Assembly: GCA_951406725.2 (NCBI GenBank)
Contig: OX597830.1
Span: 23,870,001-23,934,000 of the forward strand
Direction of reading: 5' to 3'
Origin: Octopus vulgaris
Taxonomy: Eukaryota
DNA: 64,000 bases
Shown here: piece by piece, positions 56,354 to 64,000 of the stretch
How the letters are laid out: each line of letters starts with the position of its first letter
Numbering within the stretch: the stretch's first letter is position 1
The notes under the pieces: generated by a model
Database searches by the model: none
What the model was told of the DNA's origin: nothing
The model's input: only the letters and a program-made list of their open reading frames with translations
Made by a program: the position numbers and the translations under genes

Positions 56354-56812
56354 TTACTGGCCACCTACTTTGCATACCATTCCTTCCTTCATTTTTCTAC
56401 AAACTGGAAAGTACTAATATTCTGAATTGCAGATATTCTTCATTTCTATATATTCTTAATTGTCTTTCACCGATGACAAATTCACTCATGCCTGGCTATT
56501 CTAGAAACAACTGCAAGAGACTCTATCTTTATTATCATAATTATTCTGTACTATGTTTAAATTGAATGTTTTTCAAGTTATGCCAAACATTTTGCTGTTT
56601 CATTTTCTACTTCAATTTGTGTACAAATATGTATGTATATATGTATGTATGTATGAATGCATGTATGTATGTATGTATGTATGTATGTATGTATGTATGT
56701 ATGTTTCCATATATTCTTCAATGTTAAACTCATACCAGTAATTTAATAGATAATACTAAATGTATTTATGCATGTATATGTATGTATATGGATGCATGTA
56801 TTTATATGTTTT

Positions 56813-56844
<32 letters not shown>

Positions 56845-57002
56845 TGTATGTATGTATGTATGTATGTATATACTTGGAAGTGGATGCCTGGCGACCAATC
56901 AAATAATATATATAAATATATATAATTTACATTATTATTTGATTGAACGCCACGCATCCATTTCCAAGTATATACATACATACAATGCTAGCCACTACAC
57001 AT

Positions 57003-57155
57003 TCTTTATTTTCTCTCCTTGTTTCCTTCTGTGTTCCTTTCTGTGGAAGAGCGTAGGATCGAAAAGTTAAATACTTTTTCACTTCCCGATCGTTATACTA
57101 ATACATCTGTTTGTTGTCTACACCACCTGTCTTCGTCTTTTGTTTTTTGTGAATT
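57003..57155 (+). mobile_element. Family H copy 5
   Basis: CCTTT-CTGTGGA-A-GAGC-GTAG-GATC-GAAA-AG-TT-AAA. Confidence 0.7.
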
Positions 57156-57186
57156 CTCTCTCTCTCTGTCTCTCTCTGTCTCTCTG

Positions 57187-57220
<34 letters not shown>

Positions 57221-57221
<1 letters not shown>

Positions 57222-57408
57222 GCCAAAGTAAAATTTGAGATTTATGGAGGGTCAAAGTTGGGAACAATTCTCTTCCTAGAAATAGAAGTCAACACGCCAA
57301 AGTCTCTAAGAAACACGCACGGTGAATGTCGAATATAAGAAAAATCTCTTTGCATCAATTAGAAAGTAAAGAAATATAAATATGTATGTATGTGTATGTA
57401 TGTGTGTG

Positions 57409-57460
<52 letters not shown>

Positions 57461-57697
57461 CTCCCATAAGTGCCAAAGTAAAATTTGAGATTTATGGAGG
57501 GTCAAAGTTGGGAACAATTAGGGTACGGAAATACCAGCTTCCTAGAAATAGAAGTCAACACGCCAAAGCCACAAATTTCTCACTATTAAGAAACACGCAC
57601 GGTGAATGTAACGAATATAAGAAAAATAGACCTTACCTTTGCATCAATTAGAAAGTAAAGAAATATAAATATGTATGTATGTGTATGTATGTGTGTG

Positions 57698-57750
<53 letters not shown>
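57221..57750. repeat. Tandem duplication of a ~200-230 bp unit plus (TA)n
   Basis: TGCCAAAGTAAAATTTGAGATTTATGGAGGGTC at 57221 and 57471; the first copy carries several short deletions. Confidence 0.85.
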
Positions 57751-57773
<23 letters not shown>

Positions 57774-58479
57774 ATGTATATCAAATGGATGTCTTATACA
57801 ATAATGGATGTCTCACACAATAACAGCCATATCAACAATCCAATCCAACACACCTCCATCATCAGCTGCCCCATGGATATCCCTATGGTTTCGACACCTG
57901 GACAGTACCATTCAATCCGGCGGTGTCAACAGCATTGAAATAAGAGTTGTTTGCGAACAAACATACCTTAGATATCACCACATTCATTCAATCTCAATTC
58001 TAGGAAGGATTAAACATAATTAATTGAACTACAACAAAGAAACCACATTTGCCCTAGGTACAAAAACAGTATCGGTAAATTAATAATTCTGTAGGTAAAC
58101 ATATAACTAACTCCTAAAGTATCTAACTAGATAGCAACCTAGTCCTTGAAGTCCATACAGATAATATTCCCACCAGTCTTCCATAGTTATTGATATAAAA
58201 GTCAAAGCGTTTATATTCTATTCTTTCCAAAACAAAACAAACTCGATTGAACTTAATTAATAATTCTAAGGGAATTACACTATTTCATAACCCAAAATGT
58301 TAAATAAAACACGCCATAAGTATTAAATATTCGTTTTCCTTGCATTCTTTGATGTTAAACTTATACCAGTAATTGAATAGATGTATGTATGTATGTATGT
58401 ATGTATGTATGTATGTATGTATGTATGTATGTATGTATGTATGTATGTATGTATGGGTATGTATGTATGTATGTAGTTG

Positions 58480-58649
58480 AAATTTAAAGAAAAAACAAAA
58501 GACGAAGACAAGAGTATAAACAACAAGCAGGCGTATTAGTTTGACGCTCGTCAAAGACAGAAAGTCTTTCACGTTTCGAGCCTACGCTCTTCAACACAAA
58601 GGAACACGAGGAAATAAACAGAGAGAATAAAACACCTGTGGATTTAGAG

Positions 58650-58655
<6 letters not shown>
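58480..58655 (-). mobile_element. Family H copy 6
   Basis: CTTTCACGTTTCGAGCCTACGCTCTTCAACACAAAGG. Confidence 0.7.
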
Positions 58656-58723
<68 letters not shown>

Positions 58724-58900
58724 TATACGGAAAAGGAAATCAGGAATAGAAAATGCTAAAACAATTTTATAAAAAACATTTCAGTACCGGTTTCAGTCAT
58801 TGAGACTTTTTCAACTCGCAGTATGGAAAACAATAAAATTTGGGAAAAATCAAAAGAAAATATTTTTAAAAAGAATATTTGCATACTGTTCAGTATAGTG

Positions 58901-59045
<145 letters not shown>

Positions 59046-59069
59046 AAATATATTTTATGTACACACACA

Positions 59070-59117
<48 letters not shown>

Positions 59118-59377
59118 TTATATGTATATACATACACATATATATGTATATAGTCAAAAGATAAGACCCATAGATTGTCGCTATAGAAGACAGTAATGCT
59201 CGAATAATTCAAACTTAGACTCCGATGTTTTTACTAGCGATCGGTTTAACAGGGTAAAGAATGTCTAGGAGAGGAATCAAGTTGAGTAGATATGAAAGTG
59301 ATTATGCGGATAAATAAATTAAATATATTAAATGTAACACTTTGTCTATGAAAATAAAAAAAAATATATGTATATAT

Positions 59378-59675
59378 GTATATGTGCAAAACAACAGAAA
59401 GCAAAAATTGAAAACTTTCAGACGATGAATATTTTAAGATAAATATATAGATATTTATATTAATAGATCCAGTTTACACAGAGATAATTATAAAGGAGGA
59501 AATAAGGTGTTCAGCTGTTGGCCTTATAACACCTTATTTCATCTTCAATTATATTTGTCGTTTGTAATCTGTGTAAGTTGGATCTCGTAATAAAAATGTC
59601 GATATATTTATACTTAGATATTCATCGTCTGAAAGTTTTCACATTCATTGCTTTCTTCTGTTTAGCATACATACA
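59378..59675. repeat. Imperfect ~300-bp palindrome
   Basis: GAAAACTTTCAGACGATGAATAT / ATATTCATCGTCTGAAAGTTTTC arms; central GAAATAAGGTGTT / AACACCTTATTTC stem. Confidence 0.8.
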
Positions 59676-59822
59676 TATATATTTTTTTCTATTTCATACC
59701 CAAGCTGTTATATTTAATATATCCAATTTGTTTATCCACATAGCCGTCATATGTATATATGTATGTTTGTCTTTCTGTCTGTATATATGTACGTATATGT
59801 ATATGTATGTGTACGTATATGC

Positions 59823-59863
<41 letters not shown>

Positions 59864-60225
59864 TTATAATTGAGATAGGGTTGAAAATTCAACCCACCAT
59901 GGGATAATATATATCCAATATACTGCTAGATAGGTACCCAACAAAATTAATACATAGATGTTAAAAATTGTCAAACAATCAGTTCATCTATTGTATTATA
60001 TGGGTAAAGGTAATAATATTACCGTAAATTAATACTACAAAATTAGAGAATGGAGAAACATACTTAAATCAGTAAAACATCAACTATCCGATGATACTCA
60101 ATCATACTTTAATACACCATTACATATGAGTAAAGGCAATATATAAAATGAAATGAGATATACAGTAATAGTAAAAAGATAAAGAGATATAAGTAAAATT
60201 TCAAATATAATATGCAAATAAATCA

Positions 60226-60335
60226 AAAACTGACAGCTGTTTCGGCAGTGAGGGCAGTCATACTCATTTAACCTATAAGCCATAGGTATAAATGAGGCAT
60301 TAACAAGTGCTGCCCCACGGCCTCTTCAGAGAATT
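60226..60335 (-). ncRNA. Type I hammerhead motif with extended stem II (left arm)
   Basis: Minus CUGAAGA-GGCCGUGGGGCA...UGCCCUCACUGCC-GAAA-CAGCUG-UC. Confidence 0.68.
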
Positions 60336-60687
60336 AAATTAAATTTGTTATAATAGTGAAAAATATTATATAATCATATACATATAAATATTAAAATAAT
60401 AATTAAAACCATATTATTTTTCATCTCCATATGTGTTAGCCTTTTTTTATAAAAAAAACTATTAGCCAAATATGTATAATATCGGTACTTATTAATATTA
60501 ATATATACACTGTTATATATTTTGTTTTATTTTGTTCTGTTTACCTTCCTTTTTTGTACAAATGTGTATTATATTATATAAGTGTAGCATTATGATGTAT
60601 AAGTTTTTATATTTTACATTTTTATATTTTTATATTTATATGTATATGATTATATAATATTTTTCACTATTATAACAAATTTAATTT

Positions 60688-60803
60688 AATTCTCTGAAGA
60701 GGCCGTGGGGCATCCTTGTTAATGCCTCATTTATACCTGCCTTTATGGCTTATAGGTTAAATGAGGTATGACTGCCCTCACTGCCGAAACAGCTGTCAGT
60801 TTT
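60688..60803 (+). ncRNA. Type I hammerhead motif with extended stem II (right arm)
   Basis: CTGAAGA 60694-60700, ~85-nt stem II, GAAAC 60786-60790, AGCT loop, GTC 60795-60797. Confidence 0.7.
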
Positions 60804-60994
60804 TGATTTATTTGCATATTATATTTGAAATTTTTTACTTATATCTCTTTATCTTTTTACTATTACTGTATATCTCATTTCATTTTATATATTGCCTTTA
60901 CTCATATGTAATGGTGTATTAAAGTATGGATTGAGTATCATCGGATAGTTGATGTTTTACTGATTTAAGTATGTTTCTCCATTCTCTAATTTTG

Positions 60995-61038
<44 letters not shown>

Positions 61039-61053
61039 GTATATATCATATAT

Positions 61054-61514
61054 ACAAGTGTTGGACAAAATAATGAAAACGCTTTTGTTGGTAATTACAG
61101 CTTCAATTCTAGAAAGTTTGAGTTGTTTCTAAAGGAATTTTTGTCCATTCTTCAGCTAAAACAGTCTCCAGTTTTTGTAGTGGTAATGGTGGAGGATATC
61201 GACTCCTTACTTATTTTTCTAAAATGCTCCATAAATGTTCAATAATATTGAGGTCTGAGTACTGTGGTGTCCAGATAAGATTTTCAACTTCACTAGAATG
61301 TTTCTCGTACCATTCAGTAGCAACTTAAAATGTGTGAATTGATGCATTATCATCCTGAAAGATTCCGTTTCACTCCGGAAATAGTTCTGCAGCCATAGGA
61401 TGAATTTGATGAGATAAAATGCTTAGATACTATTAATTCTGCCATGAAAGGGAAACCACTGGACCGGCGGATTTTCAAGATATAGCCCCCCCCCCCTATC
61501 ATCACAGATCCTCC
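61054..61514 (-). mobile_element. Truncated second Tc1 copy of the 30854 family
   Basis: TA-CAAGTGTTGGACAAAATAATGAAAAC TIR; the remainder is reverse-complementary to 31580-32030. Confidence 0.88.
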
Positions 61515-61529
61515 TGGTTATATACGTAT

Positions 61530-62634
61530 AGAGAAATACACGGGTGCAGAAGATAGTAAACAACGAAAATAACTGGGTAGCAGAAATTATATTTCTTAAT
61601 ACGGCGGGCTGAAAGTAATTAAGAAAATTTTTACGGAAAATAAAGAATTGTACAGGTTGAAGCGAAATTTGTCACTTAGTGAACCAAAAAGCCAGTATCG
61701 AAGGAACCAGAAAAAAGCCGTTAACAACATAAAAACACAAAACCGTCGCAAAAGTAAATAATAAATTTTTAGGGAAATTAACTAAATGTACCGATTTAAG
61801 TGAAATTTTTGAAGTTACTTCTGTCAGTAAATTATGAACTTACTTTTATTAGTAATTCCGTCAACAAAAAAAAAAAAAAGAAACACAAGACGTTGTAAAA
61901 GTAAATAAGAAATTTGTAGGTAAATTTAACGAAGTGTACGAATTGAAGAGAAATTTATGAAGTTACTTCTGTCAGTAAATTATGTATAAAATTACTTTCA
62001 TCAGTAATTTTGAACTTCTTAATTAATTTGTCGTCGTTGTTTGTAAACAGTGATTGAAAACTTACAGTGAAAATAATAGCGATTGAACTTACAGTGAAAA
62101 TAATAGCGTCTGAAAAATGAAAGTGAAAACAACAGAAAGTGAGTGAGATATAGTGAAGGCGGGAGAGAGATAGCTAGATATAGAGAGATAGATACAGATA
62201 GATAGATAGATAAATATAGAGACATATATGGATAAATATATATATATAGAGAGATATAGACGTCAATGACGCTAAAAAACCGGAAGTAAATATTTAAAAA
62301 ACTTTCAAAGACATGCATCTAATATAAAAAGCAATATTTAAATATTTTTATGACCAATGGATGTAAGGGAGACAATCAACATCTGAAAGTTACTTCGCAA
62401 ATAGTTAACTTCCATATCCACATAACCCAGGAAGTGAGGACGCGTTATTCATTATGTGAAAACTTTTAAGAGTCTAAAACCATCCCTGGAACATAAAGAA
62501 TGTATGTTCCGCGTTTGGAGAAAATCAGTTGAAACATACGGCCGTTATAATCTTTTACACACACTCACGCACACACAAACACACACACACACACGGGCAT
62601 ACACACACACACTGAACGGGATTTATATTACAGA
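61530..62634 (-). mobile_element. Probable non-autonomous Helitron (5' TC end visible, 3' end not identified)
   Basis: Minus A|TCTGTAATATAAATCCCG at 62634; 62451-62535 shared with the 16102 element; internal direct repeats at 61744/61891 and 62052/62081. Confidence 0.5.
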
Positions 62635-63091
62635 TATGTATGTATGCATGTTTGCGTGTGACTATGTGTATGTATTGAAATTCTCTCATGCTAAATTCTC
62701 CAGGAAATTGTTCCAAGTGATATCGTTGGTAGGCGACAAAGGAAGAGATAGTTATTGTGGTGGCGGTGATGGCGGCGGCGGGGGCATGACTAATGTTGGT
62801 TCTTATAGCAGTAATACTAGCAGCTGCAGCAGTAGACGGAGTAGTAGCAATGTCGCCGTCATAATAGTAGTTGTAGTAACAGTAGAATTAGTAGTTAAAA
62901 TCAAAATGGTAGTTGTGGCGCCAGTTTTGTAGATGCACTGATGTCGTATTGATAATGTTGGTGGATGCGACAGTTATATGAGAGTATAGGCTGTGGTAGA
63001 GTTGGTAAAGTAGATATCACTATACAGCAGCGCGACAACTCTGATAGTTGTGCTGCTGTGTAATTTGAACCGTGTTCCTCTGTTTAAAAAG

Positions 63092-63166
63092 GTCGCTGAT
63101 GAAATAAATACCGCAGCCATATTGGTTATAATCATATTAACTGGAATGAGAAATCTAATAAAGACG
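63092..63166 (+). CDS. Weak candidate exon (VADEINTAAILVIIILTGMRNLIKT)
   Basis: TTCCTCTGTTTAAAAAG acceptor, ACG|GTGAGT donor, 75 nt, only frame 0 open. Confidence 0.2.
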
Positions 63167-63439
63167 GTGAGTACGTTCATATTTCGTTGTTTTCATTTCT
63201 TTCATATGTTGCTGTCGTCGTCACCGTAATTATCTTCATCATCGTCGTCGTCGTCGTCAGCGTCATCATCGCCACCACCACCACCACTAGCAACAGCTCC
63301 ACCATCATCGTAGTCATCAACATCGTCATCGTCATCATCCCGACCACGATCATTTTGATTATGATTTTCATTATCGTCATCAACATCGTGATCTCCATCC
63401 GCATACTGATTACGGCGACGACGATGATGCTGATGATGT

Positions 63440-63471
<32 letters not shown>

Positions 63472-63628
63472 GTGATGGTGGTGATGGAGATGATGATGAC
63501 GTCATCATTATCATGATGATGATAATGACCATCTTCATCATCTTGATCTAAGATGTCATTGTTGTTGTTAATCACTAAAAAATAAAAGAAATTATTACCA
63601 TTATTATTGTTTATTATTATTATTATTA

Positions 63629-63689
<61 letters not shown>

Positions 63690-63739
63690 CATCATCATCA
63701 TCATTATTATTATTATTATTGTTATTGTTGTTGTTGTTG

Positions 63740-63776
<37 letters not shown>

Positions 63777-63902
63777 CATTATTATTGTTATTATTAATGT
63801 TATTATTCTTAATATTATTATTATTCAACATTTGATAGTATCAGGTTAACTTCTACTGCTTCACCTCCGTGTTTCTGAGATATCTGCAATATTGTGCGTT
63901 CC

Positions 63903-63934
<32 letters not shown>

Positions 63935-64000
63935 GGGGATACGAAAACTTCCCATCACTGTATTGCATCAGTTTATTTTGATATAGGGTTTTGGTTTCAG

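Larger units (their letters stand above)
60037..60995. repeat. Near-perfect inverted repeat, arms 60037-60391 and 60632-60995, 240-bp AT-rich spacer (Penelope-like inverted pseudo-LTRs)
   Basis: Arms are reverse complements apart from a few small indels and substitutions; each contains a hammerhead motif. Confidence 0.92.

Noticed and set aside
57855-57935. Hammerhead-like pieces on the minus strand (GACACC..GGTGTC-GAAA; separate CTGATGA)
   Set aside because: Boxes and stems could not be assembled in a consistent register.

Overview
AT-rich, microsatellite-saturated animal DNA. The SINE families and repeat landscape point to a coleoid cephalopod, probably Octopus; this is an inference from pattern recognition, not from a search. 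No intact protein-coding gene is visible, and nearly all ORFs in the track are microsatellite or SINE artefacts. Recognisable content: (1) a 5.3-kb decayed Helitron with both termini (1781-7116, minus) carrying OTU-protease, Rep and Pif1 remnants, plus two non-autonomous Helitron pieces; (2) two Tc1 copies and two mariner derivatives; (3) fragments of an L1/Tx1-like, an R4/Dong-like and a CR1/L2-like LINE; (4) about 30 copies or fragments from four tRNA-headed SINE families; (5) a few isolated candidate exons. The most interesting signal is more than ten minimal type I hammerhead-ribozyme-like motifs in several unrelated short non-coding elements (Penelope/retrozyme-like). These include a TSD-flanked 384-bp element joining a tRNA-like Pol III promoter to a hammerhead (7860-8243), a ~960-bp inverted repeat with one long-stem-II hammerhead in each arm (60037-60995), and a six-copy family whose catalytic core consistently has U instead of A6. 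Coordinates were counted by eye; element edges may be off by a few bases.
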